DNA of 32,000 bases from Blochmannia endosymbiont of Camponotus modoc. Its GTDB lineage: Bacteria > Pseudomonadota > Gammaproteobacteria > Enterobacterales > Enterobacteriaceae. This document shows positions 21,464 through 32,000 of the stretch, in pieces. The notes under the pieces were generated by a model that had not been told where the DNA came from, searched no databases, and saw only the letters and a list, made by a program, of their open reading frames with translations. How positions within the stretch are numbered: position 1 is the stretch's first letter; each line of letters begins with the position of its first letter. Location: the NCBI RefSeq assembly GCF_023585785.1, contig NZ_CP097765.1, positions 120,001 to 152,000 on the forward strand, given 5' to 3'. The translations under genes and the position numbers were made by a program.

Positions 21464-21731
21464 TTAGTTATTGACAAACATATTAGATTAAAATGATAGT
21501 AATAAGATTTTGTTTATATATAGCGCAAGAAATTAAATAAAAAGATTATTACTTAATGTTGTATTGGACTAAATTAATTTTATTTTTTAATAATCAGATG
21601 ATCAATTCAACGTAATCAATATTGTACGACCAATAGAGTGTTTATTAAAAACTAATAAATAATTATTTGCTAATTATATTTTTATATGAGTTAAATTATT
21701 GAATTATGTTTAATCTGGGAGAGTATTAAAG

Positions 21732-21968
21732 ATGAATAGTAATAGATTAATATGTTCTGCAATTATTTTGAGTTCTTTTGTATTGGCTAATTGTGCGAGC
21801 ACAACTAAAATAAAAGAATTATCTTCTGAAGTGCATGATTTAAACGAAAGAGTTGATCAAATAAGCAGCGACATTGATGTTTTGCGCCCTGAAATAGAGA
21901 AAACAAAAAATGAAGCGGCACGAGCTAATCAACGCATTGATAATCAAATTACTTCTTATCATAAGTAA
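21732..21968 (+). CDS. lpp: Murein (Braun) lipoprotein Lpp
   Basis: Signal peptide plus LANC lipobox; STTKIKELSSEVHDLNERVDQISSDID...EAARANQRIDNQITSYHK with heptad pattern and C-terminal Lys. Clear GGGAGAG ribosome-binding site. Confidence 0.96.
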   Translation: MNSNRLICSAIILSSFVLANCASTTKIKELSSEVHDLNERVDQISSDIDVLRPEIEKTKNEAARANQRIDNQITSYHK

Positions 21969-22087
21969 TAGGAAAAGATGTGGAGAAAAGTATATATATG
22001 TTTAAGAATTCTTTAAAAATAAAAAATAACATAACATCTAATTATAATTAGATAATATAATAAGATTTGATCTAGGATGGCTATAGT

Positions 22088-22516
22088 TTACATAAAGCAT
22101 TTGGCTTGAGATTGTATAGAATCTAGTATCAAGTGTATTCCTTGAGATCGGGACATACTTAGGTTTTGTTTCAATTGTAATTGATTTATTAAAAAGGGTT
22201 TAACATCAAAGTTGGTGATTTCTTGTAAACTTAATCCTTGATATAAACTGAATATTATCGCGATAATTCCTTTAACGATAGAGGAGTTGCTATATCCGTA
22301 TAATTTGATCGATTTGCCATTGGGTACTATAGAGGTAGTCAAAGCAATCCATGTTTGGCTTTGACACCCAGAAATTAAATATTTTTGTGTGCGCATATTT
22401 TCTGGGAATGCAGGTAATAATTTTCCAAGATCAATTATATATATATATTTTTCTTCCCAGTTAATACAACTTAAGAAGTTTTGTAATAACTGGTTTTTTG
22501 TTGGGAAATTTATCAT
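22088..22516 (-). CDS. sufE: Cysteine desulfuration protein SufE
   Basis: NWEEKYIYIIDLGKLLP, VSGCQSQ-like ISGCQSQTW (active Cys), FDVKPFLINQLQLKQNLSMSRSQGIHLILDSIQSQA. Confidence 0.95.
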   Translation of the reverse strand: MINFPTKNQLLQNFLSCINWEEKYIYIIDLGKLLPAFPENMRTQKYLISGCQSQTWIALTTSIVPNGKSIKLYGYSNSSIVKGIIAIIFSLYQGLSLQEITNFDVKPFLINQLQLKQNLSMSRSQGIHLILDSIQSQAKCFM

Positions 22517-22534
22517 CGTTATTAGAGTAATTGT

Positions 22535-23761
22535 TCATTGGTTCAGTAAATGTTGCACTTTAATTAGTCCATCTGCTAAACGATCAATATCTTCCTTGTT
22601 TGTATACATAGCTAAGGATGCACGACACATACCTGGTACTTTAAAATAATTCATAATAGGTATTGCGCAATGATGTCCTGTGCGTATGGCAACGCCATAT
22701 TGATTTAATAACATTCCAATATCATATGAATGATGTATTCCTAAATTAAAAGCAATAATCCCAACTCGTGTACTTGGTCCGTATAATATTAGATTTGGAA
22801 TTTTTTTTAATGTATCTACAGCGTAACGCATTAATTGATCTTCGTAATTATAAATTTTATCAACACCTATTGCATTGACATATTCAATAGCATTGCCTAG
22901 TCCTATGATGCCACTAATATTAGGAGATCCTGACTCAAATTTCCAAGGAGAATCTATAAATGTTGTATCTTGAATTAAACTTACACTTTTTACTATTCCG
23001 CCTCCTACTATCCATGGGGGCATTTTTTGAAGTAATTCTTTTTTTCCATACATAATGCCAGTACCAGAAGGTCCGTATATTTTATGTCCAGAAAATACAT
23101 AAAAATCACAATCTAATTTTTGTACGTCTACTAATCGATGTACGATTCCTTGTGCGCCATCTATTAAAATTAGAGTATCACTTTTTTTTCGTGCTATACT
23201 AATTATTTCTGTTAATGGATTAATTGTTCCTAAAACATTAGAGATATGTGATATCGATAAGAGTCGAGTACGATTATTTATAAGCTTGGATAATCTGGAT
23301 ATATCTAATGTACCGTTAGGAGTTAATGGTATATACTGTAATACAACGTTTTTATTTTTTGATAATACTTGCCATGGAATAATATTGGCGTGGTGTTCCA
23401 TTTCACTAATAATAATATTATCTCCATAATTTGTAAAATTTTGTCCCCAACTGTTGGCAATTAGGTTAATAGCTTCAGTCGTGCTTTTGACAAAAACAAT
23501 TTCTTCTTTAGATGCGTTGATAAAATTAGCTATACGTAGACGTACTGTTTCCATTTGATTAGTTGATTCAGTACTCAACGTGTGAACACCTCGATGCACG
23601 GCGGCGTATTCATTACGATAGTAATGAGTTTGTGAGTCTATGACAATATTAGGTTTTTGAGCAGATGCGGCGCTATCAAGATAAGTAAGAGGGTATTTAT
23701 TTATCATTCGGTTTAATATAGGAAAATCTGATCTAATTTTTTCTATAGGATAAATTATCAT
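22535..23761 (-). CDS. sufS: Cysteine desulfurase SufS
   Basis: YLDSAASAQKPNIVID, VFVKSTTEAINL-type, VFSGHKIYGPSGTGIMYGK PLP-Lys motif, RTGHHCAIP active Cys. Confidence 0.97.
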   Translation of the reverse strand: MIIYPIEKIRSDFPILNRMINKYPLTYLDSAASAQKPNIVIDSQTHYYRNEYAAVHRGVHTLSTESTNQMETVRLRIANFINASKEEIVFVKSTTEAINLIANSWGQNFTNYGDNIIISEMEHHANIIPWQVLSKNKNVVLQYIPLTPNGTLDISRLSKLINNRTRLLSISHISNVLGTINPLTEIISIARKKSDTLILIDGAQGIVHRLVDVQKLDCDFYVFSGHKIYGPSGTGIMYGKKELLQKMPPWIVGGGIVKSVSLIQDTTFIDSPWKFESGSPNISGIIGLGNAIEYVNAIGVDKIYNYEDQLMRYAVDTLKKIPNLILYGPSTRVGIIAFNLGIHHSYDIGMLLNQYGVAIRTGHHCAIPIMNYFKVPGMCRASLAMYTNKEDIDRLADGLIKVQHLLNQ

Positions 23762-25065
23762 ATTATGATCCTTGCTAAAGCTTTATTGATTCTTTTCGAT
23801 ACAAGATCCTGTAACATAGTATTTTCGAGTGATCCTATAATTTCAATAGCAAAAGCATAGATAAGCATTTTTAAAGCATCTTTTTTTGGAATACCGCGTG
23901 TACTTAGATAAAATAGTTGATTGGTATCAATGTGGCCTATTGTTGCTCCATGACTGCATTTTACATCGTCTGAGTAAATTTCAAGTTTAGGTATACTATG
24001 AATAGTCGCATCTTGGTTCAACAACAAATTATTGTTTATCATTATTCCATCAGTTTTTACAGAATCTGGATTTACTTTTATTAGCCCATTAAACACACCG
24101 GAACTGTAATTACATGCTATTATTTTATGTAATTGCCTGCTTGATGCGTATTCTCGGTTATTGTGTTCTAAATGAGTGCATATGTTCCCAATATCTTGTT
24201 CTGATAGAAAAAGTAAACTATTTAATGATAAAGATGATCCTGAGTGATTGATTTGAGCGCTGGTTCGATGAGATGTAAATTTAGGACCAAGCATAACAAA
24301 GATACTACTGTTTACATTTGAAGATTGTCCTACATTAATATCATTATGTGCTATATGATAACTTGCATTGTTCTCAAATATTAATTTAACGTGATCTAAT
24401 TTAGATCGGTTTCCTGTTGTCATAGACATACGCGCGCCACTGAAATGTCCGTTTTTATTTACACTCATAAAATGTTCTATGACGCATGTGTTAGAGTCGT
24501 GCCCGATTTGAAGATGGTGATGATAATGAGATGTAACTAATTTATTTTTTACGTTAGATCCTTCATTAATATATAGCAAATATAATGGTTTTTTTGTGAT
24601 TTTTTTCGTAGGTAAATTTATGTGTATTGTTGCATCACTTAAGAATTCAGTTAAATATAAAAACATGTCTGATTGAATGGGATTATTAGTCATGTCATGA
24701 CGATTGGGATCACGATTGATTTTGAGGATCCATGGATCGATATTTTTATCACTTAATTCAGGTGAAAATAGACCGTTAATAAATATTAAGCGATAAGCAT
24801 CGATTGGAAGACTTAATTTTTTATATTGAGGGGTATTTAATTCAAAATTTTTAGAAAATTCAAAATTATATGTTAAAAATTCTTCAAATGCAGTATGTTT
24901 CCAACTATCTTTTTTAAGATTTGGTAATCCAAGTATTTTAATGCGTTCCCAATATTTATGTGCCAAATTTGAATTAATATTATTTTTTTGTTTAAATAAT
25001 CCGTACCATTCGTTTAGTACTCGATTTTTATTATCCAGACAACCAACCATAGCCTTTTTCCTCAA
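23758..25065 (-). CDS. sufD: Fe-S cluster assembly protein SufD
   Basis: ENNASYHIAHNDINVGQSSNVNSSIFVMLG..., HGATIGHIDTNQLFYLSTRGIPKKDALKMLIYAFAIEII; 4-nt overlap with sufS. The probable start is internal at 25050 (MVGCLDN). Confidence 0.95.
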   Translation of the reverse strand: MRKKAMVGCLDNKNRVLNEWYGLFKQKNNINSNLAHKYWERIKILGLPNLKKDSWKHTAFEEFLTYNFEFSKNFELNTPQYKKLSLPIDAYRLIFINGLFSPELSDKNIDPWILKINRDPNRHDMTNNPIQSDMFLYLTEFLSDATIHINLPTKKITKKPLYLLYINEGSNVKNKLVTSHYHHHLQIGHDSNTCVIEHFMSVNKNGHFSGARMSMTTGNRSKLDHVKLIFENNASYHIAHNDINVGQSSNVNSSIFVMLGPKFTSHRTSAQINHSGSSLSLNSLLFLSEQDIGNICTHLEHNNREYASSRQLHKIIACNYSSGVFNGLIKVNPDSVKTDGIMINNNLLLNQDATIHSIPKLEIYSDDVKCSHGATIGHIDTNQLFYLSTRGIPKKDALKMLIYAFAIEIIGSLENTMLQDLVSKRINKALARIII

Positions 25066-25774
25066 GCTTTTTGACTAAAGAGATATCACCAGATTTTACA
25101 ATATGACCTTCATGTAGTACATGAACATAATTTGGTTGAATGTACTCTAAAATTCTTTGATAATGCGTGATAATCACAAATGAACGTATTTTATCGCTTA
25201 ATATATTAAGACCATTATAAACAATCTTTATTGCATCAATATCTAAACCAGAATCTGTTTCATCAAGAATACATAGTAATGGTTCTAACATCATCATTTG
25301 AAGAATATCATTACGTTTTTTTTCTCCTCCAGAAAATCCAACGTTTACTGATCGAGTCAAAAGATCATTAGGCATTTTTAGTAATGCCATATTTTTTTGA
25401 ACAAGCTGTATAAAATCAAACCGATCCATAAGAGGCTGGTGTCTATATTTACGTATAGCATTAACAGCGTGGTGTAAAAATGATTGATTGCTGATTCCTG
25501 GAATATCTACTGGATGCTGAAATGCTACAAAAATGCCTTCCCCCGCACGTTCTTCTGGCTTCAGGAGCAATAAATTTTTATTTTTAAATAAAATTTCTCC
25601 ATTAGTAACAGCATAATCTTGTTGACCAGATAATGTAGCAGATAATGTACTTTTTCCCGATCCGTTAGGTCCCATGATGATATGTATTTCACCGGGGTTA
25701 ATTTCTAAATTTAATTTTTTCAGAATAGATATATTTTTTACGCTGACATTCAAATTTTTTATTAATAGCATCAC
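25031..25774 (-). CDS. sufC: Fe-S cluster assembly ATPase SufC
   Basis: MGPNGSGKSTLSATLSG Walker A, VGFSGGEKKRNDILQMMMLEPLLCILDETDSGLDIDA. The 3' end overlaps the sufD start. Confidence 0.97.
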   Translation of the reverse strand: MMLLIKNLNVSVKNISILKKLNLEINPGEIHIIMGPNGSGKSTLSATLSGQQDYAVTNGEILFKNKNLLLLKPEERAGEGIFVAFQHPVDIPGISNQSFLHHAVNAIRKYRHQPLMDRFDFIQLVQKNMALLKMPNDLLTRSVNVGFSGGEKKRNDILQMMMLEPLLCILDETDSGLDIDAIKIVYNGLNILSDKIRSFVIITHYQRILEYIQPNYVHVLHEGHIVKSGDISLVKKLEEKGYGWLSG

Positions 25775-25827
25775 GACTTCTCCTGTTTTGAATGCTATGA
25801 TTACTGTAAGTACTTACATTATAAATT

Positions 25828-27324
25828 TTATCCAACGCTGTGTTCTAAAGTAATTTCTAGTAATTTTTGTGCTTCTACAGAAAATTCTAGAGGTAATTTA
25901 GAAAATATATCCTTGCAAAATCCATTTACAATCATAGAAATAGCATCATCTTCATTAATTCCGCGTTGCCGACAATAAAACAGTTGATTATCGCTGATAC
26001 GTGAAGTTGTAGCTTCGTGTTCTAACTGTGAATGATTGTTATGTGATTCAATGACAGGAAAGGTATGAGAACTACATTTTTTACCTATCAACATAGAATC
26101 ACACTGTGTAAAATTGCGTGAATTTGAAGCAGTTTTCATAATTTTAACTAATCCTCGATAAGTATTTTGGCTGTTTCCAAGAGCAATGCCTTTTGAAATA
26201 ATGGTTGAACGTGTATTTTCTCCTATATGAATCATTTTTGTTCCAGTATCTGCTTGTTGTGTACCATTGGTAACAGCCACTGAAAAAAACTCTCCAATAG
26301 AGTTTTTTCCTTTTAAAATTACACTAGGATACTTCCAAGTGATAGCAGAGCCAGATTCAGATTGAGTCCACGACATTTTAGCATTTTCTCCAGAACATAG
26401 CGCTCTTTTAGTAACGAAGTTCAAAATGCCACCTTGAGAGTTTTGATTGCCAGAAAACCAATTTTGTACTGTTGAATATTTTACTTGAGCATCTTTTAGT
26501 ACGATAACTTCCACAACTGCTGCATGAAGTTGATAATTATTGTGTATTGGAGCTGAACATCCTTCAATATAGCTCACATAACTACCTTCATCTGCAATTA
26601 AAATAGTACGTTCAAATTGTCCGGTTTTTTTAGAATTCATACGAAAGTAAGTTGATAATTCCATAGGGCAATGTACATTTTTAGGAATATATACAAATGT
26701 ACCATCAGATACAACTGCAGCATTAAGTGCGGCAAAAAAATTATCCTTAAAAGATACTACAGTTCCTAAATATTGGCGTACCAAATCTGGGTAATCTCGA
26801 ATAGCATCGTGAAATGAACAAAAAATGATACCTTTTTTTAGTAAGGTATTACGGAATGTAGTAGATACAGAAACTGAGTCAAATATAGCATCAACTGCTA
26901 CGTTTCCTTTTTCATGCACTGGGATGCCTAATTTATTAAAGGTTTGTTCTACTTCTGTGGTTAAGTATTTTGATTTGTTTAAAAGAGTATTTCTATTTTT
27001 TTGTACTTTGTGGGTTTTTTGTGTAGTTGCACATGCTGGAGCAGAAAAATAGCTATAGGAATTATAGTTGAGTTTTTGATAGTTTCCTTTTAACCAATGC
27101 GGTTCTTTCATATTACACCAAGCATGATAACCTGCAAGCCTAAATTCTAGCATCCATTTTGGTTCTAATCTTTTTTTTGAAATAGTGTATATTATATCTT
27201 TATTAATACCTTGTTTGAGTTCTTCATTATTTAATTTAGTAAAAAAACCTTCCTTATAATACAAATCGTTATTTTTAGATAAATTTCCATTAACATCATA
27301 TATGTTAGAGTTATTACGTATCAT
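25828..27324 (-). CDS. sufB: Fe-S cluster assembly scaffold SufB
   Basis: QLEHEATTSRISDNQLFYCRQRGINEDDAISMIVNGFCKDIFSKLPLEFSVEAQKLLEITLEHSVG; 498 aa. Confidence 0.98.
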   Translation of the reverse strand: MIRNNSNIYDVNGNLSKNNDLYYKEGFFTKLNNEELKQGINKDIIYTISKKRLEPKWMLEFRLAGYHAWCNMKEPHWLKGNYQKLNYNSYSYFSAPACATTQKTHKVQKNRNTLLNKSKYLTTEVEQTFNKLGIPVHEKGNVAVDAIFDSVSVSTTFRNTLLKKGIIFCSFHDAIRDYPDLVRQYLGTVVSFKDNFFAALNAAVVSDGTFVYIPKNVHCPMELSTYFRMNSKKTGQFERTILIADEGSYVSYIEGCSAPIHNNYQLHAAVVEVIVLKDAQVKYSTVQNWFSGNQNSQGGILNFVTKRALCSGENAKMSWTQSESGSAITWKYPSVILKGKNSIGEFFSVAVTNGTQQADTGTKMIHIGENTRSTIISKGIALGNSQNTYRGLVKIMKTASNSRNFTQCDSMLIGKKCSSHTFPVIESHNNHSQLEHEATTSRISDNQLFYCRQRGINEDDAISMIVNGFCKDIFSKLPLEFSVEAQKLLEITLEHSVG

Positions 27325-27338
27325 AATAATACCTGTTT

Positions 27339-27719
27339 TTAAATGCTAAAACTTTCACCACACCCACAGGAATGTTGGGCCTGAGGATTATTAAATTTAA
27401 ACATATGATTTAATCCTTCTCGTACATAATCTAATTCGGTTCCATCGACAAATGGCATGGCATACAATGGTACGAATAATTTAGCTCCGTTATGTTCATA
27501 CATTAGGCTATTATCATCTAATGATATAACTTTATCCATGAGATATGTAAATCCTGCGCATCCTGATTTTTTTATGGTTACTTTCAATCCTAGTATATTA
27601 GGATCTTTATTTTTTAAGTGAAGAATTTGTTGCGCTGCCGCATCAGTTAGTGTTAGACCATTCCAAGAAACATTTTTTTTGGATATGCAGTGTATATTTT
27701 TTTTGATACCATTTTTCAT
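27339..27719 (-). CDS. sufA: Fe-S cluster assembly A-type carrier SufA
   Basis: LTLTDAAAQQILHL, VTIKKSGCAGFTYLMD and CSCGCGESF-type HSCGCGESFSI cysteine motif. ORF extends to 27758; MKNGIKKNIH at 27719 is a plausible start. Confidence 0.93.
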   Translation of the reverse strand: MKNGIKKNIHCISKKNVSWNGLTLTDAAAQQILHLKNKDPNILGLKVTIKKSGCAGFTYLMDKVISLDDNSLMYEHNGAKLFVPLYAMPFVDGTELDYVREGLNHMFKFNNPQAQHSCGCGESFSI

Positions 27720-28204
27720 GATAAATTCCTTTAAATTTATTATGAAACATTTTACCATAATAAATGCTCAATTGTTTTGATTGTATAAATATTTATAAAA
27801 GTATAAAAATGTGTACGCAAGGATATGATCCTACATATCTAATTATGTTAGAAGTTATAATTTATCATCATATATTAATTGTTATAAATTTGTATGTATA
27901 TACAATGCCTGTTAAAATTTAGCGCAGTATCTATTTTAATAATAGCGCATTAAAGACAAATGTTTATAGTATTCTTCTAAGATTGATTTGCTTATTTTAA
28001 ATGGTAAAATGTAACTCATTTAGAGATTTCTATCATTATAGCATATTATAAAAGCATATATCATTGATTTGTTTTTTAAAATTAATCGAAAATATTTCAT
28101 ATGAGTCTGGTTATAATAAATACGCATAATTTACATGTATGTAATTATATTAAAAATCTCAAAAACTTAATGAAAATTGGAGCCCAGTAAAGATTAACAG
28201 TGAA

Positions 28205-29221
28205 TTAGGATATTGTTTTGATTAACCAATTAGAAACCTCTGATAATTCTTTTTTGTATTGAGGCCAGCTTTGCATCCATTCTGTACAGCAACATAGGAT
28301 GCTTTTATCGTTATAGGGGATACCTACTAATTTTGTTGCTAATATTTCTAAAGGATCTGGGTCTAAACTGTCAGTAAAAATGTGACTACGCTGAATGATT
28401 CCATGCTTTATATCGCAATGTAACGTTACACTGCCCCAATCAAAACGGGTATCTAATTGATGCGTAAATGCAGGAGCGCTGCCAAAATTCCAGTTCCAGT
28501 CACTTTGTTTGTTGAATTGTTTAAAAAAGTCTGGAATTTTACAGAAATTATCCATAGATAATATTTCTGGTTTTACTTTCATTCCATAATGTTGGAAAAA
28601 TGCTTCTGTTAACCCTAGACATACTTCTTGGTGATTAATACCAGGTTTTAATTCATTTAAATTAGCAACTCTTGATCGAATAGAGGTAATCCCTTTAGTC
28701 TTTAGTTTTTTAAAATCTGGATTAAGATAATAAGTCAGTTTATCAATATCAACATGTAAAAGTAATGTGCCGTGATGAAATTTACGCCCAAATGCTTCAC
28801 GATATGCGGACCCACTGATTTTACGTTCTCCATTTTCTGTATGTATGACAATATCATTTCGTCCAGAAATGATAGCCTGAATCCCAATATAATTCAATCC
28901 ATTCAAAATTATATTAAAGGATACGCTCTTATCATAATGTTCTTGAGTAGAAATAAAAGTAAAACAAGTGTTGCCTAAATCATGAAACACAGCGCCGCCT
29001 CCGCTATTTCTTCTAGCTAATTTAATTCCATCTCGTTCCATACGGCGAGTATTACATTCTTTCCATGCATTTTGAGAGCGCCCTATAACTACTGTATTTT
29101 GGTTTCTCCATAAAAATAGTATAGATTGTTTTTTAGGTATATTTTGAAAAATATATTCTTCAAGTGACAAATTGAACCAGGGATCGTAAGAGTCAGATAA
29201 TAATAACCGCAAAGAACACAT
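28205..29221 (-). CDS. lplA: Lipoate-protein ligase A
   Basis: LRLLLSDSYDPWFNLSLEEYIF, LARRNSGGGAVFHDLGNTCFTF, HHGTLLL, plus the C-terminal accessory domain. Confidence 0.97.
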   Translation of the reverse strand: MCSLRLLLSDSYDPWFNLSLEEYIFQNIPKKQSILFLWRNQNTVVIGRSQNAWKECNTRRMERDGIKLARRNSGGGAVFHDLGNTCFTFISTQEHYDKSVSFNIILNGLNYIGIQAIISGRNDIVIHTENGERKISGSAYREAFGRKFHHGTLLLHVDIDKLTYYLNPDFKKLKTKGITSIRSRVANLNELKPGINHQEVCLGLTEAFFQHYGMKVKPEILSMDNFCKIPDFFKQFNKQSDWNWNFGSAPAFTHQLDTRFDWGSVTLHCDIKHGIIQRSHIFTDSLDPDPLEILATKLVGIPYNDKSILCCCTEWMQSWPQYKKELSEVSNWLIKTIS

Positions 29222-29809
29222 AGCTCCTCCTTTGTCGATATTTAATATTTAAGCGCAAATCTTATATGTAAAATACAATTATATTAATCACTAATAATAG
29301 TCATTTTTTAATTATTTTTTATTACATTATCAGTATTGGAAACAAATTTTTATATATGTTTTGTAATTTATAATTATATATAATCAGTACAAATAGCGCA
29401 ATTAATGGAAATGAATACAATTTTCATCATTATTTTATATATTATTGCAATAACATATTTTCATTTCTCATTGTGATAGAGATATCATATTGTATATGTA
29501 AAATTGCTAAATATTTTATCTTTAGATAAGTTTGAGATTTTATTCAATGGATTTTAAAACAAGATATGGGCATTTTTATTTTTGAAATAATTAATTGTTA
29601 TACAATTATGTATGGTGTTTATTCTCCAGATGTATGCTTACTATGTAAGTACATGAGTTTTTTATTTTTGAAAAATTAAACGATTAAAAGAATGAAAGGG
29701 AATGCATATATAGATAATACATTTATCTACAACTTATTTATTGATCATTCTTTTTAGAATAATACGAAAATAGGGTTTAAACATGATTATGATAACAATA
29801 CGAGTATCA

Positions 29810-32000
29810 TCATCTCAAGGTGCCGTGGAAACGTTTTTTCAAAATCATCGAACATTTGTTAACAATATCAGAAATTTCTTCTTCTTTTAAAGTATGGGTT
29901 TTACTTTGCAAAAATAATCTAATAGTAAAACTTTTAAAACCTTTTGCAATGTTTTGACCTGTGTAAACATCAGATAACTTGATGTCAATTAATTGATCCT
30001 CGTTAGCAATTTTTTTACATTCAATAATAACAGATTCTGAAGTCACCTTGTTTGGTACTATTATAGAAATATCACGGAAATTTTTAGGAAATTTAGAAAT
30101 GGTAGTAATTTTAGATAGTATAAATTGAGAAATCATATTCCACGACAATTCGAAGACTAGTGCCTGTGAACGTAAATTTAATTTCATTTGTATAGTAGGA
30201 TGAATCATGCCAATATATCCAATACATATATTTTTCAAATAAATTGCTGCGCTTTGACCGGAATGCAATGCGGGATGTGTATATTTTTTAAATCTAATAC
30301 AATGTAGCTTATTAGTTATGTTTAACAAAGCTTCTACATCTCCTTTTATATCGTAAAAATCTACTGGACATACTTTTTTCAGATCCCAGTGTTCATTAAA
30401 TCTGAGTCCGGATCGTATACCAGCTATCATCAAATCTTGATTTACTTGATTTTCAGCATTTGTCTGTGGTGTAAAACATATACCGCTTTCAAATAATTTC
30501 ATTTGTTTTTGTTGCCTATTTTGATTATATATTACCGTTTTGATTAATCCAGACCATAAAGATAGCCTCATAGTAGACATGTCTAACGTAATTGGATTTT
30601 TTAAAATTAATGGAATTTTTTGTGGGTGTAATAATTTTTGAATATCATAACTTACGAAACTATATGTCATGATTTCTTGATAACCACGATCTATTAATAA
30701 ATTTTTTATTCTTGATAACGGTATGATTGATGCATGGGACTGATCTGTTATTAAGTTTGTGCAAAGAGAAACACAAGGGATATTGTTATATCCATGAATA
30801 CGTGTTATTTCTGCTATTACATTTTCTTCTATAGAGATATCAAAACGCCAAGTTGGTGGAAGTATTTTCCAGGTGTTGTTTGAAAATTCTGTTTGAAAAC
30901 CAAGCCGTTTTAAAATATGTGTAATTTCTGAATCTAATATACGAAATCCAATAATTTTGTCTAATTTAGTTCGATTTAATATAATATTGGTAGGTTTTGG
31001 CAACATACTTTTGTTAGTTATGTTTATTATCGGACCAGGATAACCACCGCAGCTTTTCATTAATAATGAGGTGACACGATCTAAAGCTAATTTAGATATA
31101 CTTGGGTCTACTCCTCGTATATAACGAAAGGCATAAAGATCATGCATATGATATAATGTGGATTGACTCGCGATAACAGACGGAGTAAAAAAAGCAGATT
31201 GTAATATTATATGACGAGTTTCAGAACAAATAGAATATTTATTTGGAGTGATTGTTCCAGCAATTGATAATGGTTTTTTATAATCAGAGATGACTATTGT
31301 ATTTGGCAATAGTTTTAAACTATTATTATTAGATAATGTCAGAATTTCTCCGATTTCTGAAAAACGTATACGTATTATGTTGCCGTCAATTTTTTTATAA
31401 TCAAAAACATGAATTGGATGTCCTAGTTCTAGTAATACATAGTTAACAATATCTATAACTATGTTAACTAAACAAATTCCGCAGCGACGTAATTTCTCTG
31501 CTATCCATAAGGGCGTGGGGGAGGTAATATGAATGTTTTTTAAAATTCTTCCAAAGTATTGCGGGCATGCATTCGGAACTTCAACAGAAATAGGGATAGT
31601 ATCATTAATTGTTGGAATAATTGATTCTATTTTTATTTTTTTTAATTTTAAATGATTTATAGCTGCTATTTCTCTAGAAATTCCGATTACACTAAGACAA
31701 TCTCCTCTATTAGGAGTAATGTTGATTTCAATAATATTATCATTAAGACGTAAATAGTTATAAAAGTTCTCTCCAATAGGCGCATTTATAGGTAATTCTA
31801 TTATACCTACTGTGTGACTAATAATTCCTAATGTTGAAAAAGCACATAATATTCCTTCTGATTGTTTACCTCGTATTGTTTTTAGTTTAATTTTACGTCC
31901 ATTTGGTAGCATTGCTCCTACTTTGGCAACAACTACTCGAATATTTTTACGACAATTAGAAGCATCACAAACAATATTTAATAATTTATTATCCCCGTTA
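29810..32000 (-). CDS. pheT: Phenylalanyl-tRNA synthetase beta chain, 5' end beyond the window
   Basis: GEQSEGILC-type start region, [18 protein letters not shown]-terminal FDX-ACB domain. The reading frame stays open upstream of 31912 ([38 protein letters not shown], tRNA-binding domain), so the track's start at 31912 is an internal Met. Confidence 0.97.
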   Translation of the reverse strand, partial: NGDNKLLNIVCDASNCRKNIRVVVAKVGAMLPNGRKIKLKTIRGKQSEGILCAFSTLGIISHTVGIIELPINAPIGENFYNYLRLNDNIIEINITPNRGDCLSVIGISREIAAINHLKLKKIKIESIIPTINDTIPISVEVPNACPQYFGRILKNIHITSPTPLWIAEKLRRCGICLVNIVIDIVNYVLLELGHPIHVFDYKKIDGNIIRIRFSEIGEILTLSNNNSLKLLPNTIVISDYKKPLSIAGTITPNKYSICSETRHIILQSAFFTPSVIASQSTLYHMHDLYAFRYIRGVDPSISKLALDRVTSLLMKSCGGYPGPIINITNKSMLPKPTNIILNRTKLDKIIGFRILDSEITHILKRLGFQTEFSNNTWKILPPTWRFDISIEENVIAEITRIHGYNNIPCVSLCTNLITDQSHASIIPLSRIKNLLIDRGYQEIMTYSFVSYDIQKLLHPQKIPLILKNPITLDMSTMRLSLWSGLIKTVIYNQNRQQKQMKLFESGICFTPQTNAENQVNQDLMIAGIRSGLRFNEHWDLKKVCPVDFYDIKGDVEALLNITNKLHCIRFKKYTHPALHSGQSAAIYLKNICIGYIGMIHPTIQMKLNLRSQALVFELSWNMISQFILSKITTISKFPKNFRDISIIVPNKVTSESVIIECKKIANEDQLIDIKLSDVYTGQNIAKGFKSFTIRLFLQSKTHTLKEEEISDIVNKCSMILKKRFHGTLR

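Noticed and set aside
21471-21499. TTGACA 8 nt downstream of tRNA-Val as a possible lpp promoter
   Set aside because: No acceptable -10 hexamer at 16-18 nt spacing (TGATAG is poor), and it is more than 230 nt from the lpp start.
22389-22649. 86-aa plus-strand ORF antisense to sufE/sufS
   Set aside because: Shadow ORF.
26825-27052. 75-aa plus-strand ORF antisense to sufB
   Set aside because: Shadow ORF.
31912-32000. Apparent pheT start at 31912
   Set aside because: The frame remains open to the window edge and encodes the conserved N-terminal tRNA-binding domain, so this is a window-edge artefact, not a truncated gene.
1-32000. CRISPR arrays, prophage, IS elements, toxin-antitoxin or retron-type systems
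   Set aside because: No spaced direct-repeat array, transposase, integrase, reverse transcriptase or nuclease-like cassette was seen on either strand.

Overview
AT-rich window from a reduced, Enterobacterales-derived insect endosymbiont. Gene content and order strongly resemble Candidatus Blochmannia; this assignment is inference from content, as no database was searched. Nearly all of it is conserved housekeeping sequence, collinear in blocks with E. coli: serC-aroA-cmk-rpsA, msbA-lpxK-ycaR-kdsB, ubiX, fumC, nth, tyrS-pdxH-slyA (minus), rnt, grxD, ribE, tRNA-Val(GAC), lpp, a complete sufABCDSE operon (minus), lplA, and pheT running off the right edge. The one accessory-looking locus is the minus-strand 668-aa ORF at 11058-13064. 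Its N-terminal half reads as an intimin/invasin-type inverse-autotransporter beta-domain followed by a D00/Ig-like segment. Its roughly 240-aa C-terminal tail is unusual, with an APPPPP (ABM-2-like) proline motif and a weak WH2-like helix motif. No CRISPR, prophage, transposon or defence system is visible. Secondary observations: a strong GC-rich hairpin in the rpsA leader, absence of ihfB and ihfA from their usual neighbourhoods, slyA retained in a reduced genome, A9-A10 homopolymers inside genes, and several large unexplained spacers.
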